Below, piece by piece: positions 32,349 to 41,900 of a DNA stretch of 64,000 bases. Origin of the DNA: a virus; IMG/VR virus record IMGVR_UViG_3300035685_000001, positions 1-64,000 of that record; one strand, 5' to 3'. The notes below the pieces were generated by a model. That model did not search any database. It was not told the origin of the DNA and saw only the letters and a program-made list of their open reading frames with translations. Each line of letters begins with the position of its first letter. The stretch's first letter is position 1. The translations under genes were made by a program, and so were the position numbers.

Positions 32349-32567
32349 ATGACACCACTAGAAAAAGTAAAAGCAGCACTTAAAGAAAAGGAAGTCCCAC
32401 CACATTTTTATCAGATTGATGAAGAAGGGAAAAAAATAAAGCTTAACAACTCGTTTTTATACATGGTGGGAAAATCTTCAACGGGGTGGCAAGCTCTGGA
32501 AGATGCACTTGACGCTTTTAGGGCAGAAGGTGGCACGGTGTTCCCTGAATACTCTGAATGTTGGTAA
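32349..32567 (+). CDS. Hypothetical protein (twin 2)
   Basis: MTPLEKVKAALK...WQALEDAL...FPEY. Confidence 0.5.
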   Translation: MTPLEKVKAALKEKEVPPHFYQIDEEGKKIKLNNSFLYMVGKSSTGWQALEDALDAFRAEGGTVFPEYSECW

Positions 32568-32689
32568 CTTGCCTCAAACAAAGAAGCGTTGTACACTAGA
32601 CAGCAATTGCAACAACCACTGAATTGAGTAAACACATACAAAAAGGGCGTGGTTAGCGCCACGCCCTTAGTCGTTAGGTTTAAAAATAT

Positions 32690-35600
32690 ATGACTAACTG
32701 TAACACGCCCGGCTCCGATAAGTCAAATGTCAATCCCACAATGCTCTCATTGGACGCTAAGAGAGCAGAATTACAGACAAGGCTGGCTACTTTACAGCAA
32801 TTTCCTCAAGAGCCTGAGCAAGACTCACTAGAGGCAGCAAGAGCAACGTCACCTCTATTACAGTATTTAGACAGCACAAAAGACTTAGAAGCATTAACGC
32901 TACCGGATGCTAAGATGCCACCTTTGCCACAATCTCAACAACGTGGCAACCTTGGAACAAGAGACGAATGGAACGAAAAACTAGATTTAGCGATTGCTCA
33001 GATTAAGGCAACAGGATTCAAAGAAGGTGATACGGTAGCGATTCGTTGTCTACCACCAAAGGGCTTAGCAGAAAAATATTTCACTAATTTCTCCTTTAGA
33101 AGAGGGATAAATTACGACTTAGATATTTTGCCTAACGATGAATACAGGTTAGTTCCTTACAAGAAAGTAAAAGTCGGAGTTGATAGCAAAGGCGAACCAG
33201 TCACAGAGTGGGTTAGAGATGAAGCTAATGCTACTCTGAAATGGTGGAGAGTGTTGCTTAAGGACAATGCTCATGGTTATGGGATGTACTTACTCCCAAA
33301 CAAGGGAGGGCATAAAGACGGTGACATCACCCACACCATGAATGCCTTCTATGAGACGGATGACACTTCTTTTAAGCAACAGCAAGCTAAGCTAAACGAC
33401 TTCATCTCCAAGACAGGTCTTAAGCCGTCTGTGGTTGTCAGAACCCGTAAGAGTTTACATGTCTACTTCCGTTTCAAAGAGTCAGAGTGGCAGATACCCA
33501 ATTGGAAGGATGAGGTACAGAAGCCGACTACTCTTGCTTTGCAGTCAGATGTGAGTATTACTAACCTTGCTAGACCGATGCGTTTAGCTGGTTTCTTTCA
33601 CGTCAAGTATGACAAGTACGCCGATAGCTTTGATTATCTGAAGTGTGACTTATTGGTGTGTGAGCCTCAGAATCAATACACCAGACGTGAATACCGTCAA
33701 GCGCTAGCAGTTTATTCTGGTATGGAGTATTCAGCTAAGCGGCTAGATGCTTACAACAAAGTAAACAGGGTTTTAAACAGTCAGTGGGGAAGTCAGGATG
33801 AAGACTACAAGCTTCTACCATCTGTGCAACAGGTTCTTAACTGTCCTGCTGAGTTAGTTGCAGAACTTTATCGACGCACAGAAGTCTATTCGGACTTGCT
33901 CCAGAAAGAATACAACGCGCAAGATGTAGACCCTGTTGACGCTTGGGTTAAACCACTGGATGAGCTTAAAAAGCATCAGGTTGTCAACTTAGATGGTGTT
34001 GACACTGGCAGAGAAAGCGACATTCTACGATGGGCGCAATACCTTTTTGGATACCGTGAGAATGGCAGACCTGGTTGGATTACTGGACAAGATCCAACAG
34101 TGCCAGAGAGTGAGAGTGATAGTCATTCTCTAGACTCTCTCCACATCAATATGGAGACAGGTGCTTTTATCTCACACAAAGGTACTTGCACAAAGGAAAT
34201 CTTCAGAGCATTAAAAGAACTGGCATTCAGAAGCAATCCTGAAGAGGAGAGGCTTTTCAAAGAGAAGTGGGCAACTATTTTACGGAATGCCAAGAAAGAG
34301 CAGGGGCAAATATCGGCTGAGGAGTACAAAGCTCGGAAGCTCAAACCAGCTAAGACAGAAGATGACGAGAACGAGCTAGCAAAAGCAAGGCAGGCTAAGT
34401 TTGAGGCAGAAGAACGCGAGTTTGCAGAGTATCAGGCTCGGATGGCAATAGACCGCAGCAAGGTCAAAACCTACTACAAATGCAATGAGCGGTACTTGAG
34501 TGATGAGACTGTCTCTTACATTCCATCTCTTGAGCAGTGCAAACAACAAGGACAAATTCTAGCTCTGAAAGCTCCTAAAGGTACGGGCAAAAGCTACCGA
34601 GTTAGAGACAAAATCAAGGAAGTTGCCAAGGATTGCTGGTTAACCGTAAGTGTTACTCTCAGACGAAATTTAGGTTTAGCTCAATCTAATGATTGGGGTA
34701 TCAAGTGGGTGGATGAAGATGGCATGGAGTCATTCTTCCAGGGGCAATCAAACACGATGTCTTGCTGTTGGGATAGCCTACACAAGTTCCATAAAGCCGA
34801 CTATCGCAATAAACAGATTCTACTCATTATTGATGAAGTTGAGAGCGGTTTAGACCATCTTTGCACTGCCAAGACAATCGGGAGACGTGGTAATCGCGCT
34901 GATATTCACGCTGAACTCAGAAGAATTGTAGACCACATCAGAGACAATGGTGGACTGATTGTAATTGCTGACGCTGATTTGAGTGAGCCGTCTGTAGATT
35001 TCTTCAGAACGATTAGCAGAGGCTTGCCAATTACAGTAATTGACAATTCTTACGTTGACAAGAAAAAAACTATCCCTGTTTTTCACACCAAAGACGGTGA
35101 AGTTAAAAATGCAATCAAGGCAGGGATAGAGATGAATATGCCTTTCTTGGTTGCAACAGACAGCCTCAAGACAGCAAAAACAATGCATCGTTTTGCAGAA
35201 AAGTATCTTAAGTCAATTAATCATGAAGACTTGGCAGATAAGCTATGGCTTATTGACAGCGAGACAAGTCACACGGAAGCTAACAAAGCTCGCCTCAAGG
35301 ACATTAACAAGGCAATTAAGGAACAGAACCCCATTGCTATTTTTTACACTCCTACAATCAACGTGGGAGTATCCATCAACGTTGATTACTTTGATGAGGG
35401 TTATGGAGTATTCAAGGGGGCTATTATTTCAGATCAAGCCCGTCAGATGGTTGCTCGCAACCGTAAGACAATTCCTTGGACTATCTTTGCAGATAACCTC
35501 GTAGACCCTGCTAAAAAAGGCAAGGACACCCTCATTACTCCAAAACCAATCAAAGACAGGCTTATCAATAAAGTAGAGGCTCAGTCATTCATTACAGCTA

Positions 35601-36688
35601 AGGTTGCTCAGAAGCTACTTGAAGAAGGTAAAGACCCTGACCACAGCGTTAGTGTTGCAAAGGCAACACTTGAGTTAATGGAGAAACTTGAGAATGATAA
35701 GCCAAGCTTTGATACTGCTGAGTTTCATTTGCTCGCAAACATCGAAGCCAAGAAAAACTTTCAGATGAAGCATTATCACAAATGCTTTGTAGATGGTATG
35801 AAGGCTGAAGGATGGGACGTTGTGAGCAAAAAAGGCAATAAAACAGCGTTGTGTGATGAAATCAAAGAACTTCAGCAGCAAATGATGAAGGAAGAGGCAA
35901 AGGCGATCGCTGAAGCTGACGCAAGCCAGATATTAGACTATGAACAAGCTAGACACATCCTATCTACTGTTGATGACAGAGAACAACGCAATGCTGCTCA
36001 CAAGTTCTCTGTTGCCCACTGGACAAAGTTGGAGTTAGACAAGGTGGACGCTGCACTGGTAGAACTGGTCAAGTTTAATCCTCGGTGGCTATCAGCAGTA
36101 AAACTCCAAGTATACCTACAGAACCCTGAAATCATTGAGACTATTGACGCTTACCGAACTAACAAAATGGCAAAGCAATATGAAAAGCATGGCTTTATAA
36201 CCCCTCAAGATGTACCAGGGAAGGTTCAGGAAGTTAGAGAGATTCTAAACTTTGGACTGCTTAAGGTAATTGACTTGAATGATGACGAGCAGAAGTTCGA
36301 GAAGAAAGACTTTGATCCACTGTTTAAGAAAATGAAACAATGGAAAACTGCGAAGTTAATTCAATGGGGTCTTGATTGCGGCATTCCAATCCACAGTCGG
36401 GAGATGTTTAACAATCCTATCAGACTTGTAGTTAAACCAATGTTAGCCAAGTTGGGTTATAGCGTCACAAAAGCGACCAAGAAACAGAAGCAGTCTTACA
36501 AGATCCCAGCAGAGGAAATAAACTGCATCCACAGAGCTAATGTGATCGAGGCTATTCTCAAAGATTGGACTGAAAGCCAAGTACAGAAAGAAATTCAGGA
36601 ACCGATAGCAGACGGTATTAACCTAAAAAGAACAGAGTTTACTGTAGGTAAAGAGCAAGTAGTAGAAGCTCAGTTGGAAGCTTGCTAG
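32690..36688 (+). CDS. Primase-polymerase (AEP-like) / P-loop helicase fusion, replicative
   Basis: N-terminal FYETDD, SLHVYFRF and RLAGFFH resemble AEP prim-pol motifs. Central Walker A APKGTGKS and Walker B LLIIDEVE. Confidence 0.6.
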   Translation: MTNCNTPGSDKSNVNPTMLSLDAKRAELQTRLATLQQFPQEPEQDSLEAARATSPLLQYLDSTKDLEALTLPDAKMPPLPQSQQRGNLGTRDEWNEKLDLAIAQIKATGFKEGDTVAIRCLPPKGLAEKYFTNFSFRRGINYDLDILPNDEYRLVPYKKVKVGVDSKGEPVTEWVRDEANATLKWWRVLLKDNAHGYGMYLLPNKGGHKDGDITHTMNAFYETDDTSFKQQQAKLNDFISKTGLKPSVVVRTRKSLHVYFRFKESEWQIPNWKDEVQKPTTLALQSDVSITNLARPMRLAGFFHVKYDKYADSFDYLKCDLLVCEPQNQYTRREYRQALAVYSGMEYSAKRLDAYNKVNRVLNSQWGSQDEDYKLLPSVQQVLNCPAELVAELYRRTEVYSDLLQKEYNAQDVDPVDAWVKPLDELKKHQVVNLDGVDTGRESDILRWAQYLFGYRENGRPGWITGQDPTVPESESDSHSLDSLHINMETGAFISHKGTCTKEIFRALKELAFRSNPEEERLFKEKWATILRNAKKEQGQISAEEYKARKLKPAKTEDDENELAKARQAKFEAEEREFAEYQARMAIDRSKVKTYYKCNERYLSDETVSYIPSLEQCKQQGQILALKAPKGTGKSYRVRDKIKEVAKDCWLTVSVTLRRNLGLAQSNDWGIKWVDEDGMESFFQGQSNTMSCCWDSLHKFHKADYRNKQILLIIDEVESGLDHLCTAKTIGRRGNRADIHAELRRIVDHIRDNGGLIVIADADLSEPSVDFFRTISRGLPITVIDNSYVDKKKTIPVFHTKDGEVKNAIKAGIEMNMPFLVATDSLKTAKTMHRFAEKYLKSINHEDLADKLWLIDSETSHTEANKARLKDINKAIKEQNPIAIFYTPTINVGVSINVDYFDEGYGVFKGAIISDQARQMVARNRKTIPWTIFADNLVDPAKKGKDTLITPKPIKDRLINKVEAQSFITAKVAQKLLEEGKDPDHSVSVAKATLELMEKLENDKPSFDTAEFHLLANIEAKKNFQMKHYHKCFVDGMKAEGWDVVSKKGNKTALCDEIKELQQQMMKEEAKAIAEADASQILDYEQARHILSTVDDREQRNAAHKFSVAHWTKLELDKVDAALVELVKFNPRWLSAVKLQVYLQNPEIIETIDAYRTNKMAKQYEKHGFITPQDVPGKVQEVREILNFGLLKVIDLNDDEQKFEKKDFDPLFKKMKQWKTAKLIQWGLDCGIPIHSREMFNNPIRLVVKPMLAKLGYSVTKATKKQKQSYKIPAEEINCIHRANVIEAILKDWTESQVQKEIQEPIADGINLKRTEFTVGKEQVVEAQLEAC

Positions 36689-36696
36689 GAGTCATG

Positions 36697-36726
36697 TTGA
36701 CGTGGTGCGGTAAACAAGTCTATGAT
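36697..36726 (+). promoter_or_regulatory. Candidate internal promoter for dam-thyX-dcd
   Basis: TTGACG, 18-nt spacer, TATGAT, in the 60-nt gap after the primase-helicase stop. Confidence 0.4.
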
Positions 36727-36747
36727 GGGTGCATCGACTTTATCTGG

Positions 36748-37572
36748 ATGTCAATGAGCTTAAAGCCATTCTTGAAATGGGCAGGAGGCAAGACACAGTT
36801 ATTGCCTGTACTGTCTGAACATGTCCCTTTTAAATACGGTTGTTACTATGAGCCGTTCTTAGGTGGCGGTGCTTTATTGTTTCACTTGTTGCCTCCAAAA
36901 GCGTTTGTATCAGACATCAATGCAGAGTTGATTAATTGCTATCAATGCCTTCAAAGTCTCCCTGAAAAGGTAACAAAGCATTTAGACTCATTTCCAATCA
37001 ATCAAGACTTCTTTCATGAGTTGCGAGCAGCCGATAGAGCAGAAGATTGGCAAAACAGAGAGTCTAGTTGGAAAGCAGCAAGAGTAATTTACCTCAATAA
37101 AACCTGTTATAACGGGTTATATCGAGTCAATAGAAAAGGTGAAGTAAATAGTCCTTGGGGATACTATGACAATCCTACTATTTATGAACCTGAGAGCCTT
37201 GACGGAATTAGAAACTACTTATCGGATTTTGGAAAACGGCTAGTTGCAGAAGACTTTCAAATAGCCCTAACTAAGCCAGTAGCGGGGGATTTCGTCTATC
37301 TAGACCCACCCTATGACATCCTGAGTGATACGGCAAGCTTTACGGGCTATTCAGCAGGAGGCTTTCATAAAGAACATCATGTCATTCTTAAAAAGCTTGT
37401 AGATGAACTCACTGCAAAAGATGTTAAAGTCCTTCAGAGTAATGCTGATACGCCGTTTATTCGCAACCTCTACAAGGATTACAAGGTCATAGAGGTACAA
37501 GCAAAGCGAAGCATTAACAGCAAGGGTAACAAGAGAGGTAATGTTACAGAATTACTCATTAAGAATTACTAA
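36748..37572 (+). CDS. dam: N6-adenine DNA methyltransferase (Dam-like)
   Basis: PFLKWAGGK, FLGGGA (SAM motif I) and DPPY (motif IV). The track start at 36682 overlaps the promoter, so ATG 36748 or 36754 is preferred. Confidence 0.8.
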   Translation: MSMSLKPFLKWAGGKTQLLPVLSEHVPFKYGCYYEPFLGGGALLFHLLPPKAFVSDINAELINCYQCLQSLPEKVTKHLDSFPINQDFFHELRAADRAEDWQNRESSWKAARVIYLNKTCYNGLYRVNRKGEVNSPWGYYDNPTIYEPESLDGIRNYLSDFGKRLVAEDFQIALTKPVAGDFVYLDPPYDILSDTASFTGYSAGGFHKEHHVILKKLVDELTAKDVKVLQSNADTPFIRNLYKDYKVIEVQAKRSINSKGNKRGNVTELLIKNY

Positions 37573-37574
37573 AC

Positions 37575-38294
37575 ATGGACAAATATTTTAGAGTAGAGTT
37601 ATTGCGAGCAACCCCTAACCCACAGCAATTATGCTGGCTCGCAATGCATCAAGATTATAGTCCTCATGCTGTAGTAGACAGACTTGATAAATGTCCTAGT
37701 GAAGTTCAAGCAGGTGAGTACATCGTTAAGCATTGCCTAAAGCATCTCCACTGGGGCGTTCTCGAACACAGTCAAATTACATTTAACTGTGTCGGTTTTC
37801 CTCATCATGTTGTGATGCACTTAAGAACTCACAGGGTGGGAATTTCTTTTGACGTACAGAGTTTACGTTACTGCTCAGAGCATATTCTAGACGTTGCAAA
37901 TCATAAGCGATCGCCTGAAGAGCTGTTCTTTATCAGACCTCCAGGACATTACACCGATAGAGACGGTGCCAAATATGACTTCACAGAGGAAGACTATACA
38001 GAGCGGTTAGGTATCCTATACAACCTTGCAAAAGAGTATGCAAGGGCAATCGCTAAAGGACAATCGGAGGAACACGCTAGAGAGTTGATGGCAATGAGTA
38101 TTAGACAGAATTTTGTCTTGAGTGTAAATGCTCGTAGTCTGTTGCATCTTCTAGACGTAAGAAGTACAAAAGATGTCCAGCTAGAAACTCAGCAATTCTC
38201 GCAGCTGCTTTTCAAGCAGTTTGCTATTTGGATGCCTCAAGTGGCTGAGTGGTATGCAGAAAACCGATTAGGTAAAAACAAATTAGCCCCCTAA
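37575..38294 (+). CDS. thyX: Flavin-dependent thymidylate synthase
   Basis: LRTHRVGISFDVQSLRY matches the ThyX RHR...S..RY signature region. Size is typical. Confidence 0.8.
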   Translation: MDKYFRVELLRATPNPQQLCWLAMHQDYSPHAVVDRLDKCPSEVQAGEYIVKHCLKHLHWGVLEHSQITFNCVGFPHHVVMHLRTHRVGISFDVQSLRYCSEHILDVANHKRSPEELFFIRPPGHYTDRDGAKYDFTEEDYTERLGILYNLAKEYARAIAKGQSEEHARELMAMSIRQNFVLSVNARSLLHLLDVRSTKDVQLETQQFSQLLFKQFAIWMPQVAEWYAENRLGKNKLAP

Positions 38295-38299
38295 CTATC

Positions 38300-38881
38300 A
38301 TGCTTAAAAATGACAGATGGATACATTTAGCAGCAAGTAATGGACTTATCACACCATTTGAGCCTAATCAAGTTCGTAAAGTAGACGATCGCAAAGTCAT
38401 CAGTTACGGATGCTCATCTTCGGGTTATGACATCTGCCTATCGCCTAAAGACTTCAGGATATTCAAACACGTACCTGGTAGCATAGTAGACCCCAAGAAC
38501 TTCTCTGAGAAGCATCTAGAACAAGCCACACTGCATTCTGATGAAACAGGGGAGTATTTTGTCATCCCTGGCAATACTTACGGTCTTGGAGTCGCCTTAG
38601 AGCGACTGAAGATACCTAGGAATATCACAGTGTTGTGTATCGGCAAGAGTACTTATTGCAGAGTGGGTCTGATTGCTAATCTTTCTCCTGCTGAGCCTGG
38701 ATGGGAAGGTCACCTTACGTTAGAGTTTTCCAACTCAAGCAATGCAGACATCAAGCTTTATGCAAATGAGGGTGTAGTGCAGTTATTGTTTTTTGACTGC
38801 GAGCCGTGCATGATTTCCTACAGCGACAGAAAAGGGAAATATCAGGCTCAAGAGGAAAGTGTTACTTTAGCCAGAGTCTAG
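38300..38881 (+). CDS. dcd: dCTP deaminase
   Basis: MLKNDRWI...LITPFE...ISYGCSSSGYDICLS and the ~190 aa size are typical of Dcd. Confidence 0.8.
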   Translation: MLKNDRWIHLAASNGLITPFEPNQVRKVDDRKVISYGCSSSGYDICLSPKDFRIFKHVPGSIVDPKNFSEKHLEQATLHSDETGEYFVIPGNTYGLGVALERLKIPRNITVLCIGKSTYCRVGLIANLSPAEPGWEGHLTLEFSNSSNADIKLYANEGVVQLLFFDCEPCMISYSDRKGKYQAQEESVTLARV

Positions 38882-38938
38882 GGAATATAGCAAATAAGGT
38901 CTAAGATGGGGAGATGCTTGTGTCTCCCCTCTTGTTGT

Positions 38939-41900
38939 ATGTCTATAGACATTGCGTCAGTTTCTATTCCTACGGAGATTAATTTATCGGGATTTAATTC
39001 AGGACTTGCAGCGCTTGAGCGTACCAAAATAAAAAGCCTAGAGGTAGACGTAAAGCTCAACACACAGAGCTTAGAGCGTGACAGAAAGCAGTTAGAGGCA
39101 ACGTTAGCAAAGCCACTAACTCTGAACTTAGAGGTAGATGACACAGCACTACTGACACTTAGAAGACGATTACAGAAGCAAGCACCTTACAAAGTTAAAG
39201 TCACAACAGAAGTAGACACTAGAGGTGTTATTAACGCACGTCAGCAGATTAACAAGTCAATTGGCAATATCCCAGAAGTAAAAATCTGTGTTGACGACTC
39301 AGAGCTTTATGAACTGAACAAGCACATTGAGCTTAAGCGTACTCACGTCAAAGACATCAATAAGTGGATGGCAGCTAATCCTATTACTGTCCATGCGGAC
39401 ACCAGTAGGGTTGATGCTTTTGAAAAGCGCACCATAAAGGGCAAGAAAGTTAGAGTTGAAGTTGAGTATGATGACCCTGGCTATAAGTCAACTGCATTAG
39501 CCACTCATTCAGTTTCATCAACAAAGTCCACGTTGAATTTCACAAAGCCTCTAGAAGCTCAGACAAAGGCTCTTGATTCTGCAATCGACTCAGCAGCCGA
39601 CAAGATAGCCGATGCGCTTGAGAAAGGCTTTAAGAGCCAAAAGAAAGGACTCTTAGGAGAGATAGGTTCAGGCTTGCTACTTGGAGCAACCTTTAAGGGA
39701 GGCTCAGCCTTATTTGATAAAGCTACAGGTAAAGCCAAACAAACCGTTACTCAACAAAAAGAACAACGTCAAGCCTTTACTCAACTTAATTATAAAAGTC
39801 AAGTTGCTGTAACTAAAAAGCAGGTAGTTGTTCAAAATAAAGAAACTGATAAGTTACGCCAAGAGATGCTGCAAATGAATAACAGGGATGTTATTCAGCC
39901 TCTAGCAAAGAAAGCAGGTGTCAAAGCATCTACTAAAGTTCAAGCCGTAGAAGGCTTATTAAGCGGACAGTCTCCACAACAACTTAAAACTCAATTACCT
40001 TACATTGATAATATTCGTCAAGAGGCTGTTAAAACCTCTGAACAATTATCAAAGCTTACAGCAGTTCAGCTTAAAACTCAGTTATCAGATACTACTAAAC
40101 GACTTAGCACCAGTCTCAAAGGGATTAAAGGTACTGCCAATATTTCTGCACTGTCTGACCTTGGCAATCAAATAGAAAAAGAATATCAAGCCGTTATTGC
40201 CACATTATCAGAAGCTACTGAAGAGGATGCAAAAAACATTTTACAGTCGGCAAAGCTTCAGATAGCTAAGATTCGCAAAGCAACCTCAACAGAAGCTCAG
40301 AAAGTTTCTTTAGAAAGCATTCAAAATCAAGGCAATCAACAAGGGCAACAGCAGTTTTTAAGACGCGCCAAGCAACCTAAGTTTAATGCACTCCAACAGC
40401 GTCGCATTAAAGAAATGCAATACAACGCTCGCATTGTAGAAGAGCGAGCAGAGCAAATCTATCAGACTCTTCCAGACCTTCCTAAAGACACTAAACGTAT
40501 TGCACTTGTGTCAGGTGGTTTTGCAAGTAAGCATGGCAAGTCAAGCCATTCTGTTGCTGAAAGAATGAAGCCATTCTTAGGAGAAGGTACTCATGTACAG
40601 CCTGTAGAAAATCCTGATACGGATTGGGGTGACTATGATGCAACAGTTGAGAAAGACCCTATCTCATGGGCAAAAAATGCTGTCAAAGTAGTTGCAAAGC
40701 ATAATTTAGGCAAAGGTTACAAAGAAGACTCTATACAAGCTGCTGCCTACGCTAAAGCTTACGCCAAGAAAGCTAAAGAACAAGGCTTAAACATTCCAAA
40801 CATTGAAGGTTATGGCTACTCAGCAGGAGGTTTTGTAATGCAAGAAGCGGCTGAGTTAAGCCGTGAAACTAGAACACCATTTAAAGGTGTAGGAATAGGT
40901 ACACCTCACTATGGAATCTCCAACACTGCCTCTCAAGAAGATTACATTAGCGTATTAGGTGGACAAGACCCGCTCTCTAAACTTCAACCTGTCAAGTCAC
41001 CTAACCTTAGAACTTATGCTAAAGCAGGTCGAAAACACCTTTTAGAAGAGTACACAAACAATCCGGATGTGCAGCGTGACATTTTCTCCCACATGGGGAG
41101 AGAAGCCCCTTTTGCACTCGGTCAGGACTTTGAAGAGAACATGATGTCGGCAATGAATGCCGCACAAGAAAGTCTTAGCATTAACCCTCGAATGCGTCCT
41201 ACTCTTGCTGCAAGTGGAGCAATTGACCCTGTATTAGACGAACTCACAAAGCATCGTGAAACAATAGCCGATCAAATAGACAACATCCCCTTGGAAATTT
41301 TAGAAGACGTTAAAGCAGCGGATGAAGTATTACAAGGTCTTCAGAATCAACTAATCAAAGGATTTGGACTAAAGGGTAAATCTGTTGCCCCTTTAGCGCA
41401 AGCTGGAAAGAAAGTTATAAAAACACCTGCTCAGCAAATTGTAGGGAATGGAGATAAAGAGCAGCAAATACTTAAAAATTATCATGCCATTCTTAAAGAA
41501 ATGGCAGACGTAGCAGGGGTTACGGTAAATCAAACTCAAGTCCCAAAATTAACTGTAGACCCTGCTAAGCTTAAACGTTTAGATGCAAATGCTTATTACG
41601 AGTCTGGTTCAAAAAATGAAATAACAATTCAACCACGATTGGCAGAATTGCTTGCTCTTCCTACAGAAGAATTAAAAAACTATAGTAAAGAACTAACTTC
41701 TTTGACTCATGAGTTATTTCATAGTATTGATTTAGCTTTTGGCGAAAAGACCATAGGAGGGTTGGCAAGAGGAACAGATCAGATTGAAACTCCCTTATCT
41801 CCATCTGTCACTGTTAACGGTGACAGAATGGCAAGGATAGCAATGGCTGACACTAAGCGAAGTCAGCCACGAGCAAACAATGATTATTTAAAGACCATAG

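Noticed and set aside
32643-32668. Hairpin GGGCGTGG..CCACGCCC as the plus-strand terminator of the twin-ORF unit
   Set aside because: The stem is strong, but the T-run lies on the minus-strand side and an A-run precedes it on the plus strand. There is no minus-strand gene to terminate. Left unannotated as ambiguous.
35151-35504. Plus-strand 117-aa ORF and minus-strand ORFs (34123..34344, 34850..35188, 35675..35881) inside the primase-helicase gene
   Set aside because: They lie in alternative frames of a continuous 4-kb ORF that contains recognisable motifs. They have no independent signals.
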